64,000 nucleotides of DNA, taken from Lachnospiraceae bacterium. GTDB lineage: Bacteria; Bacillota; Clostridia; Lachnospirales; Lachnospiraceae. The notes beneath the pieces are model-generated. The model had not been told where the DNA came from. It saw only the letters and a list, made by a program, of their open reading frames with translations, and made no database searches. Shown here in pieces: positions 1 to 7,304 of this stretch; position 1 is the stretch's first letter, and every line of letters begins with the position of its first letter. The position numbers and the translations under genes were made by a program. The stretch spans positions 7,628 to 71,627 of the forward strand of contig JAFVSN010000005.1 in NCBI GenBank assembly GCA_017503735.1, read 5' to 3'.

Positions 1-96
1 TATGGGAATGTGGATTTGAATATCGTGTATGAGACGCTGAAAAATGACATGCCGGAGTTACTGGAAATACTAGAAGATGAGCAAATGGATGCGTAA
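1..96 (+). CDS. 3' end of a CDS entering from upstream; tail resembles DUF86/HepT-type toxin C-terminus
   Basis: Frame 1 is open from base 1 to TAA at 94-96. The tail YGNVDLNIVYETLKNDMPELLEILEDEQMDA resembles the conserved C-terminal helix of DUF86 proteins. This is a recalled pattern and was not searched. Confidence 0.35.
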   Translation, partial: YGNVDLNIVYETLKNDMPELLEILEDEQMDA

Positions 97-174
97 ATAA
101 AACTTTACAAAAAACGTACGATTTCTTATAAAATTATTCTGGAGTTATTGAAAAATCCTACGAACAACCCAAAA

Positions 175-219
175 TGCAACCACAAGTTGCAAAAATAATA
201 TCTTCAAGTTGCTTGCAAC
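175..219 (+). promoter_or_regulatory. Two inverted repeats built on GCAAC/GTTGC; candidate operator sites
   Basis: TGCAACcacaaGTTGCA at 175-191 has 6-bp arms. GTTGCttGCAAC at 208-219 has 5-bp arms and overlaps the -35 hexamer of the downstream promoter. Confidence 0.45.
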
Positions 220-241
220 CGCTATGTTCTTTTGCTATAAT
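213..241 (+). promoter_or_regulatory. Sigma-70/SigA-type promoter of the HTH-glmM operon
   Basis: TTGCAA (213-218), a 17-nt spacer, then TATAAT (236-241). It lies about 40 nt upstream of the RBS AAGGAG and the ATG at 284. Confidence 0.6.
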
Positions 242-283
242 GGAGCACGTAGTATAGTAGTATGTGAAAAAAGGAGAACGTAT

Positions 284-1906
284 ATGACCATCGGACAGAA
301 ACTTATTCACTTACGAAACGTAGCGGATATGTCCCAGGAACAGCTTTCGGAAGAACTGGGGGTGTCCCGCCAGTCCATCTCTAAATGGGAAATGGACCAG
401 GCTCTTCCGCAGATTGACAAGGTAATCCAGCTTGCGGAGATTTTCGGCGTAACCACAGATGAATTGTTACTTGATAAAATAGAGATTAACCGTACTCCGG
501 TAAAGGGACCGAGAAAGTTAAAGTACTTCGGTACCGACGGATTCCGGGGCGAGGCAAATGTAAATCTGACTTCCATGCAGGCTTATAAGGTGGGACGGTT
601 CCTTGGATGGTACTTTTCTTCCAAGCTTTCCGGTTGTGGGAAACCGGGATATCGTCCGCGGATTGTCATCGGGAAAGATACCCGCCGTTCCAGTTATATG
701 TTGGAGTATTCCATTGTGGCGGGAATGACTGCCAGCGGAGCGGATGTGTACATGCTGCACGTTATCACCACGCCGGGAGTGTCCTATGTGACCCGGAAGG
801 ATGAGTTTGATTGCGGTATTATGATTACGGCGTCCCACAATCCGTTTGGAGATAACGGGATCAAGGTGCTGAACCGTTACGGTGAGAAACTGGACGATGA
901 GACTACAGCGTTAATTGAGGCTTATATCGACGGAGATTTACATGAGCTGGGTGTCACCGGTGAGGATTTGCCTTTAGCTCAGGGAGCGAAGCTCGGTTGT
1001 ATCCATGAGTATTCCGCAGGACGGAACCGTTACACCGGCTACTTGATTTCTCTGGCATCTAATTCCTATAAGAGACTGAAAATCGGTCTGGATTGTGCCA
1101 ACGGTGCGGCTTGGAGTATCGCAGGGGCGGTGTTTTCCGCATTGGGAGCCCAGACTTATGTCATCGGTGACGAGCCGGACGGTATCAACATCAACGAAGG
1201 TTGCGGTTCCACCCATATCGAGAAGTTAAAGAAGCTGGTAAAGGAAAAGCATTTAGATTTGGGTTTTGCTTTTGACGGTGACGCGGACCGTTGCATAGCG
1301 GTGGACGAAAACGGAAACGAAGTAGACGGGGATGCCATGATTTATATTCTCGGCAAGCGTATGAAGATGAGGGGAACCTTAAACGACAATACGGTCGTGA
1401 CTACGATTATGTCCAACTCCGGCTTTGTGGCAAGTCTTGAAGAAGCCGGAATGAAGTGTGTACAGACCAAAGTAGGCGACCGCTTTGTCTACGAATGTAT
1501 GCAGAATAACGATTACGCTATCGGCGGCGAGCAGTCCGGTCACATTATTTTAAAGAAATATGCCACCACCGGTGACGGCATTTTGACGGCGATTATGATT
1601 GCGGAGGAGCTTTGCGATTCCAAGTCTTCTTTGGCGAAGTTGGCAGAGCCGATTCATCTGTATCCGCAGTTTTTAAAGAATGTGAGAGTAAAGAATAAAG
1701 CGGCGGTGCTGGCCGATACGAAAGTATTAAAGGCAAAGGAAGAAGTGGAAAAGCTCATCAATAAAAAGGGAAGGGTACTTCTTCGGGAAAGCGGCACGGA
1801 GCCGGTGATTCGCGTGATGGTAGAGAGTGAATCTCAGGAAAGATGTGTAGAGTATGCCGAAATGATTGTAAAAGTAATTGTCGAAGGAGGACATTGCGTT
1901 GAATAA
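284..1906 (+). CDS. glmM: XRE-family HTH domain fused in frame to phosphoglucosamine mutase (GlmM)
   Basis: RBS AAGGAG lies 7 nt before ATG 284. The N-terminus, MTIGQKLIHLRNVADMSQEQLSEELGVSRQSISKWEMDQALPQIDKVIQLAEIFGVTTDELL, is a classic Cro/C1-type HTH. A linker follows, then a full-length GlmM (KYFGTDGFRG, phosphoserine loop TASHNP, metal loop FDGDADR, GEQSGH, RESGTEPVIRVMVE). No start codon separates the HTH from the mutase part. Confidence 0.9.
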   Translation: MTIGQKLIHLRNVADMSQEQLSEELGVSRQSISKWEMDQALPQIDKVIQLAEIFGVTTDELLLDKIEINRTPVKGPRKLKYFGTDGFRGEANVNLTSMQAYKVGRFLGWYFSSKLSGCGKPGYRPRIVIGKDTRRSSYMLEYSIVAGMTASGADVYMLHVITTPGVSYVTRKDEFDCGIMITASHNPFGDNGIKVLNRYGEKLDDETTALIEAYIDGDLHELGVTGEDLPLAQGAKLGCIHEYSAGRNRYTGYLISLASNSYKRLKIGLDCANGAAWSIAGAVFSALGAQTYVIGDEPDGININEGCGSTHIEKLKKLVKEKHLDLGFAFDGDADRCIAVDENGNEVDGDAMIYILGKRMKMRGTLNDNTVVTTIMSNSGFVASLEEAGMKCVQTKVGDRFVYECMQNNDYAIGGEQSGHIILKKYATTGDGILTAIMIAEELCDSKSSLAKLAEPIHLYPQFLKNVRVKNKAAVLADTKVLKAKEEVEKLINKKGRVLLRESGTEPVIRVMVESESQERCVEYAEMIVKVIVEGGHCVE

Positions 1907-2561
1907 GTTAGTGAAAACAAAAGAGCTGTATGCGTCCCAACCGGAGTATCTGACAGAACTGTTTGATGGCTGTGAGTATCCGTGGGAAATGTTGCCGAAG
2001 TTAAAGGGCTACATTCAGGCACTCATCGAAAAGGGAATTCCGGGGTATACCCTGTATGCCGAAGGCGTGCTTGTGGGGGAGAACGTAAAGATTTATCCGA
2101 CGGCTACCATCGAAGGACCGACCATTATCGGTTCCGGTACCGAGGTGCGTCCGGGGGCATTTATCCGCGGCAGTGTGATCACCGGTGAAAACTGCGTGAT
2201 GGGAAATTCCTCGGAGTTTAAGAACTGCGTGCTTCTTGATAAGGTGCAGGTGCCGCATTACAACTACATCGGCGACTCCATCATGGGCAACAAGGCTCAC
2301 ACCGGCGCGGGCACCATTTGTTCCAATTTAAAGTCCGACGGTAAGGCGGTTGTGGTACACGGCGACGTGGACTACGAGACCGGACTTCGTAAAATCGGCG
2401 GCATTTTGGCAGACGGTGCGGACGTGGGATGCGGTTCCGTAATCAATCCGGGGACCGTCATCGGTAAAAACACTTCCGTATATCCGTTAACTTCTTTGCG
2501 TGGCGTATATCCGGCCAACTGTATTGTAAAGGATACGAAGACGGTTGTGGAACGTAGATAG
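1899..2561 (+). CDS. Left-handed beta-helix (hexapeptide repeat) acyltransferase, GlmU C-terminal-domain-like
   Basis: Hexapeptide repeats are visible (IGSGTEVRPGAFIRGSVITGENCVMGNSSEFKNCVLLDKVQV...IGDSIMGNKAHTGAGT...). RBS GAAGGAGG lies 8 nt before TTG 1899; the ORF track starts at TTG 1878. The gene overlaps the glmM stop. Confidence 0.65.
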   Translation: MNKLVKTKELYASQPEYLTELFDGCEYPWEMLPKLKGYIQALIEKGIPGYTLYAEGVLVGENVKIYPTATIEGPTIIGSGTEVRPGAFIRGSVITGENCVMGNSSEFKNCVLLDKVQVPHYNYIGDSIMGNKAHTGAGTICSNLKSDGKAVVVHGDVDYETGLRKIGGILADGADVGCGSVINPGTVIGKNTSVYPLTSLRGVYPANCIVKDTKTVVERR

Positions 2562-2662
2562 AAGTTTTGCAGAGACGAAAAAAGAAGGAAGTTTATTACA
2601 GAGAATAGGCTGTTCTGAAACGGATGGCATGTCAAATTATATATGAAAAGGAGATCATCACC

Positions 2663-3373
2663 ATGAATTTTATCAAAGTAAACAACTATGACGAGCTCAG
2701 CACCAAGGCAGCAGCGCTTATTTGCGCACAGGTTGTCATGAAGCCGGACTGCGTATTAGGCCTTGCAACCGGTTCCTCCCCGCTGGGCACTTACGAGAAG
2801 ATTGCAGAGAAGTGTGCAAAGGGTGAGGTAGACTTTTCCAAGGTTTCTTCCATTAACTTGGATGAGTACGTAGGCCTTGATGGCACCAACGACCAGAGCT
2901 ACCGTTACTTCATGAACACGAACCTTTTTGAGAAGATTAACATTGACGTAACCAAGACCAACGTGCCGAACGGTTGCGTAGCAGACCTTAAGGCAGAGTG
3001 TGAAGCTTACGATGCCTTAATTGCACAGTCCGGTGGCATTGACTTACAGCTTCTCGGTATCGGTCTTGACGGTCACATCGGTTTTAACGAGCCGGATACT
3101 TACTTTGAGAAGGCTACCCATGTAGTAGACCTTGACCCGTCCACCATCGAAGCAAATGCCCGTTTCTTTGCTTCCGAGGCAGATGTGCCGAGAAAGGCAG
3201 TTACCATGGGAATGGGTGGCATCATGAGCGCAAAGAAGGTACTCTTAATCGCCAACGGCAAGAACAAGAAGGATATCGTAGAAAAAGCATTCTTCGGTCC
3301 GATTACTCCGTCCTGCCCGGCATCCATTTTGCAGTTGCATCCGGATTTGACTGTGATTTACAGTGAGAACTAA
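2663..3373 (+). CDS. nagB: Glucosamine-6-phosphate deaminase
   Basis: MNFIKV...LGLATGSSPLGTYEKI...LDEYVGL...GIGLDGHIGFNEP are typical NagB motifs. RBS AAAGGAG lies upstream of ATG 2663. Confidence 0.9.
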   Translation: MNFIKVNNYDELSTKAAALICAQVVMKPDCVLGLATGSSPLGTYEKIAEKCAKGEVDFSKVSSINLDEYVGLDGTNDQSYRYFMNTNLFEKINIDVTKTNVPNGCVADLKAECEAYDALIAQSGGIDLQLLGIGLDGHIGFNEPDTYFEKATHVVDLDPSTIEANARFFASEADVPRKAVTMGMGGIMSAKKVLLIANGKNKKDIVEKAFFGPITPSCPASILQLHPDLTVIYSEN

Positions 3374-3415
3374 GAAATAAGTCCGTTATTTGCTTGTTGA
3401 ATAAGCTATCATAAT

Positions 3416-3460
3416 AAAAAGACTCGTCAAGGGCATGCTACGCATCCTTGACGAGTTTTC
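3416..3460. terminator. Bidirectional intrinsic terminator between nagB and the convergent lipoprotein gene
   Basis: An 11-bp stem, ACTCGTCAAGG (3422-3432) / CCTTGACGAGT (3446-3456), is flanked by an A-run upstream and a T-run downstream. Confidence 0.75.
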
Positions 3461-3465
3461 TTATG

Positions 3466-4224
3466 TTAGCCTCTCACATAACCCAAAAACAACTTATCAT
3501 AATTTGTTAAAATTTCATAGATAAATCCTAAAACTGTTTCCATCTCTTCGGCGCTGGCTTGACTGGTAAATTGTTCGATAAATGCTCTGTCTATGACTAC
3601 TGGATCATACACATATTTTCCTATGTATGGGAGGTAATAATCTGATCTAAAAACTTCTCTGGTAATAAGCTTTTTAGTAATTCCTAATGAATCCAAAACA
3701 GTTCCAAACTCCGTTGGAAGGTAAAGGTGCTCGTCACGGGGAAGTTCCATATTAGCGGTAGCTATGATTATATTAAGACCTACATGGTAGAAGTCACCGT
3801 CTACAAAACTCATCTCGGCATAGAAAGGATCGTATTCTTTAACGACACTGCCATCGTCTTGTGTAACGACACTGCCATCGTCTTGTAGCTGTCGACGGCC
3901 AAAAGTGGTTATACTGATAAATTTTGAGGATACTACATCGGACTCTCCTAAAAATTCTGTTGCAAAGCGATATGCCAAACATTCAAACGCATTCATTATA
4001 TCATCTGCGGTTACCTCTCCCCCGGCAGCTTTAATTTCTTCCGGTGATTGAATCGGGTCAGGTATAGGATACCGATTGGTTAATTGACTAAAATCAAATT
4101 CTTCATTCGCGACATTGCTCTGTTCGTCTGTATTTTTGTCGTCAGAGCATCCTGCACCCCCAAATGTCAGCAGCCCTATGGTAAGAACTGTCATACAAGT
4201 CTTTCGCCACGGTTTTTTCATCAT
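3466..4224 (-). CDS. Putative lipoprotein, function unknown
   Basis: Signal peptide plus lipobox-like LLTFGGAGC|SDD. The gene looks visibly AT-richer than its neighbours. It contains a 24-bp tandem duplication (DDGSVVTQ/DDGSVVKE). Confidence 0.55.
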   Translation of the reverse strand: MMKKPWRKTCMTVLTIGLLTFGGAGCSDDKNTDEQSNVANEEFDFSQLTNRYPIPDPIQSPEEIKAAGGEVTADDIMNAFECLAYRFATEFLGESDVVSSKFISITTFGRRQLQDDGSVVTQDDGSVVKEYDPFYAEMSFVDGDFYHVGLNIIIATANMELPRDEHLYLPTEFGTVLDSLGITKKLITREVFRSDYYLPYIGKYVYDPVVIDRAFIEQFTSQASAEEMETVLGFIYEILTNYDKLFLGYVRG

Positions 4225-4366
4225 ATCCCCCTTTTAGTAGTGTATTGTTAATTCCTAAATAAGCTACGATGTTATTTTAGCATAGGAAGGATGTGATTAC
4301 AATAGGCGAAGGAAAATGAGGAAGGGTGCAAAAAAATGTCGAAAAGAAAAGTTTTTGCACTTGAGT

Positions 4367-4397
4367 GCATAAACTTGATTTTTTTGCAAGTTTATGC
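4367..4397. promoter_or_regulatory. Perfect 11-bp inverted repeat upstream of the AAA ATPase gene
   Basis: GCATAAACTTG (4367-4377) and CAAGTTTATGC (4387-4397) are separated by a 9-nt T-rich spacer, 30 nt before ATG 4428. A second inverted repeat, TGCAAAAA/TTTTTGCA, lies at 4327-4359. Confidence 0.4.
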
Positions 4398-4427
4398 TAC
4401 GATATAGTTGTGAGGAGGTACGAAATT

Positions 4428-5747
4428 ATGATTGAAACTCGTACGTTGAAAAAGAGAGACATTTATTTGAACAAATTAATTGCATTTCAGGACACAGAGC
4501 CGGTAAAGGTAGTTACCGGGATTCGTCGTTGCGGCAAATCCAGCCTGTTACAATTAATGGCAATGCATTTAAGAGAGAACGGTGTTTCCGACAATCAGAT
4601 TATAGAAATGAATTTTGAGTCCCATGATTTTAATCGGATGTCTGCGGACGAATTTTATGAATATGTAAAGCAAAAGGTTTTACCGGGAAAACGGATGTAT
4701 CTGTTCTTTGATGAGTTGCAGAGAATACCGGGTTGGGAGGAGACCGTGAATTCCTTTCGGGTGGATTTTAACTGTGATATTTATATCACGGGTTCCAATG
4801 CATATTTACTATCTTCGGAGTATGCCACGTATCTTTCGGGTAGGTGTGTGGAGATAAAGATGCTGCCGCTTTCCTTCCGTGAGTTTTTGTATTTTCATGA
4901 CTTTGAAGTGAAAGAAAGCGAAAGTGTATTGGGAGGGAAACGGCTACAGGTTCTTGACAAGCAGGGAGAGCGCTATGATTTGAGGGATACGTTTGAGGCA
5001 TATATGCGTCTTGGAGGGATGCCGGGAATTGCAGAAGTAGGGCTTAATCAGGAACGGGCATTGGTGCTGTTAGACGGAATCTATTCCACGGTTATTGTGA
5101 GAGATATATTAGAAAGAGAGAAGAGAAGGGGACAAAAAAGTATTGCAGATCCTATGTTGCTACGGAAAATTATATTGTTTTTGGCGGATAATATCGGTAG
5201 TAATATCTCTGTTTCGTCCATCGGAAACGTTCTTGTAAATGAAGGGCTGTTAGAGTGTGAAGGGCGGAAGGGTTTGCCGAGTGCACATACAGTACAGGCA
5301 TATGTGAATGCGTTGCTAGAGTCTTATTTTTACTATGATATCAAACGGTTTGATATTAAGGGAAAAGAGTATCTGAGGACACTGGGGAAGTATTATATTG
5401 TAGATATGGGACTTCGGAATTATCTTTTAGGTTTTCGGAACAGGGATAGCGGGCACGCATTGGAAAATGTTGTGTACTTTGAATTGTTGCGCAGAGGGTA
5501 TGATGTGGCAATCGGAAAAGTGGATAACAGTGAAGTGGATTTTGTGGCTACGAAAGCAGATGATAAGCTGTATGTCCAGGTAACCGAATCTATGACAAAT
5601 GAGGAAGTTCGTAAGAGGGAACTTGCTCCGCTTCAGAAGATAAATGATAATTACGAAAAGATAGTGTTATCGCTTGAAACGGGACTTGATTCATCCTATG
5701 AAGGAATAAAATCATTGTCAATTGTCGATTGGTTGCTTGCGGAATAG
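4428..5747 (+). CDS. AAA+ ATPase of the COG1373 type (AAA_14 N-domain plus DUF4143-like C-domain)
   Basis: Walker A is GIRRCGKSS and Walker B is YLFFDELQ. The C-terminal EVDFVA...YVQVTES motif is nuclease-fold-like. RBS GAGGAGG precedes ATG 4428. Confidence 0.75.
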   Translation: MIETRTLKKRDIYLNKLIAFQDTEPVKVVTGIRRCGKSSLLQLMAMHLRENGVSDNQIIEMNFESHDFNRMSADEFYEYVKQKVLPGKRMYLFFDELQRIPGWEETVNSFRVDFNCDIYITGSNAYLLSSEYATYLSGRCVEIKMLPLSFREFLYFHDFEVKESESVLGGKRLQVLDKQGERYDLRDTFEAYMRLGGMPGIAEVGLNQERALVLLDGIYSTVIVRDILEREKRRGQKSIADPMLLRKIILFLADNIGSNISVSSIGNVLVNEGLLECEGRKGLPSAHTVQAYVNALLESYFYYDIKRFDIKGKEYLRTLGKYYIVDMGLRNYLLGFRNRDSGHALENVVYFELLRRGYDVAIGKVDNSEVDFVATKADDKLYVQVTESMTNEEVRKRELAPLQKINDNYEKIVLSLETGLDSSYEGIKSLSIVDWLLAE

Positions 5748-5787
5748 TTTGTTGGCAAAAGGAATAGCAGGAAAAGGAGCGATTGCT

Positions 5788-6657
5788 TTGGATAGAAAAA
5801 AGAAAGGCCTCTTCGTAGGTCTTTGTACGAAAGATATTCTATATTACACCGACGAACTGCCGGATTATAATCACAAATCCAAAACCGAGGACTTTGCTAC
5901 TTACATCGGTGGCCCTGCGGCAAATGCAGCCATTACCTATGCGGTGCTGGGAGGAGATGCTACTCTTGCTACCTGTCTCGGGAACAGTATGGAAAGCAAG
6001 GCGATGATAGAGGAGTTGAAGGGGTACGGAGTGAAGGTGCTTAATTTTTCAGAGAATGACACGGTGCCGAATACAGCATGCATTGTGGTATCAAGTGACG
6101 GAAAGCGGACCATTTTAAGCGGGCAACACAAGTTTGAGGTAAATCGTGAGTATGATGTATCGGGCTATGATTTTGCGTTGTTTGACTGCAACCAGCAGGA
6201 GGTTTCTTTGGATATTTTATCCGGTATGGATGTGACGGAAGGAAAAACGGTGGTGTTGGATGCGGGAAGTGTTAAGCCGAATATAGAAGTATTCCTTGAG
6301 AGAGCGGACATTGTCATTGCTTCCGAGGATTTTAAAGATGCGGCGGGGAATACCATATTCGAAATGAATTGTAATGCTGCGCACAAGGCAATTACCCGGG
6401 GAGAGAAGCCGATTCTGTACCTTGGAACAGAGATTGAGCGGAGGGACTGCTCGGTTTTGCCGGAGAAAACAGAGATTCCGGTGGAAGCGGTAGAAGCGGT
6501 GGACACGTTAGGAGCGGGAGATATTTTCCACGGAGCTTTTTGTTACGGGTATTTTGAGAAAGAGTATTCCTGCGAAGAAGCGTTACGGTTTGCCGGGAAG
6601 GTAGCAAGTGAAAGTGTGAAATACCGGGGGCCGAGGGAGTGGATGCGGCACCGGTAA
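5788..6657 (+). CDS. PfkB/ribokinase-family carbohydrate kinase
   Basis: C-terminal signature DTLGAGDIFHGAF. RBS AAAGGAG lies 8 nt before TTG 5788; the ORF track start at 5722 would overlap the preceding gene. Confidence 0.7.
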   Translation: MDRKKKGLFVGLCTKDILYYTDELPDYNHKSKTEDFATYIGGPAANAAITYAVLGGDATLATCLGNSMESKAMIEELKGYGVKVLNFSENDTVPNTACIVVSSDGKRTILSGQHKFEVNREYDVSGYDFALFDCNQQEVSLDILSGMDVTEGKTVVLDAGSVKPNIEVFLERADIVIASEDFKDAAGNTIFEMNCNAAHKAITRGEKPILYLGTEIERRDCSVLPEKTEIPVEAVEAVDTLGAGDIFHGAFCYGYFEKEYSCEEALRFAGKVASESVKYRGPREWMRHR

Positions 6658-6746
6658 ATAACAAAAAAAATTTAAAAAAAATTTTACAAAAAAGTGTAGT
6701 TTTCCCAAAAGAATCCTTAGTATATAAGTGAAAGGCGGTGACACGA

Positions 6747-7304
6747 ATGTTGGATGAGGAAATTATTGAGCTGTTCTTTGAACGCTCCGAACTGGCGCTT
6801 AGCGAGCTGAAAGCAAAGTACGGCAGAACCTGTCTGCAGACGTCCTATAACATTCTGGGAGATTATTGTGATGCCGAGGAATGTGTGAATGACAGCTATC
6901 TCGGTGTTTGGAATGCCATACCGCCGACAAGACCAAACCCTTTGCTTACGTATGTGTTAAAAATCGTAAGAAATGTATCACTGAACCGTTATCACAAAAA
7001 TCACGCACAGAAACGAGACTGCTCTTATGATTTGGCTGTGGAAGAACTGGAGGACTTTCTGGCGGCACCGGACAGTGTAGAATCTACCCTTGAGACAAGT
7101 GAGCTTACAGCGGTAATCGAACGCTTTCTGGATGAACAAAAACCGTTAAATCGTGTTATTTTTGTCCGCAGATATTGGTTTTATGACAGTTACATGCAGA
7201 TTGCAAAGCGGACAGGCCTTTCGGAGAAAAATGTATCGGTAAAATTAACCAGAATGAGGACAAAGCTTAAGGATTATTTGGAAGAAAGGGGAATCTTTCT
7301 ATGA
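6747..7304 (+). CDS. ECF-type RNA polymerase sigma-70 factor
   Basis: Region-2-like DAEECVNDSYLGVWN and a region-4 HTH, SYMQIAKRTGLSEKNVSVKLTRMRTKLKDYL. The stop overlaps the next start (ATGA at 7301-7304). Confidence 0.8.
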   Translation: MLDEEIIELFFERSELALSELKAKYGRTCLQTSYNILGDYCDAEECVNDSYLGVWNAIPPTRPNPLLTYVLKIVRNVSLNRYHKNHAQKRDCSYDLAVEELEDFLAAPDSVESTLETSELTAVIERFLDEQKPLNRVIFVRRYWFYDSYMQIAKRTGLSEKNVSVKLTRMRTKLKDYLEERGIFL

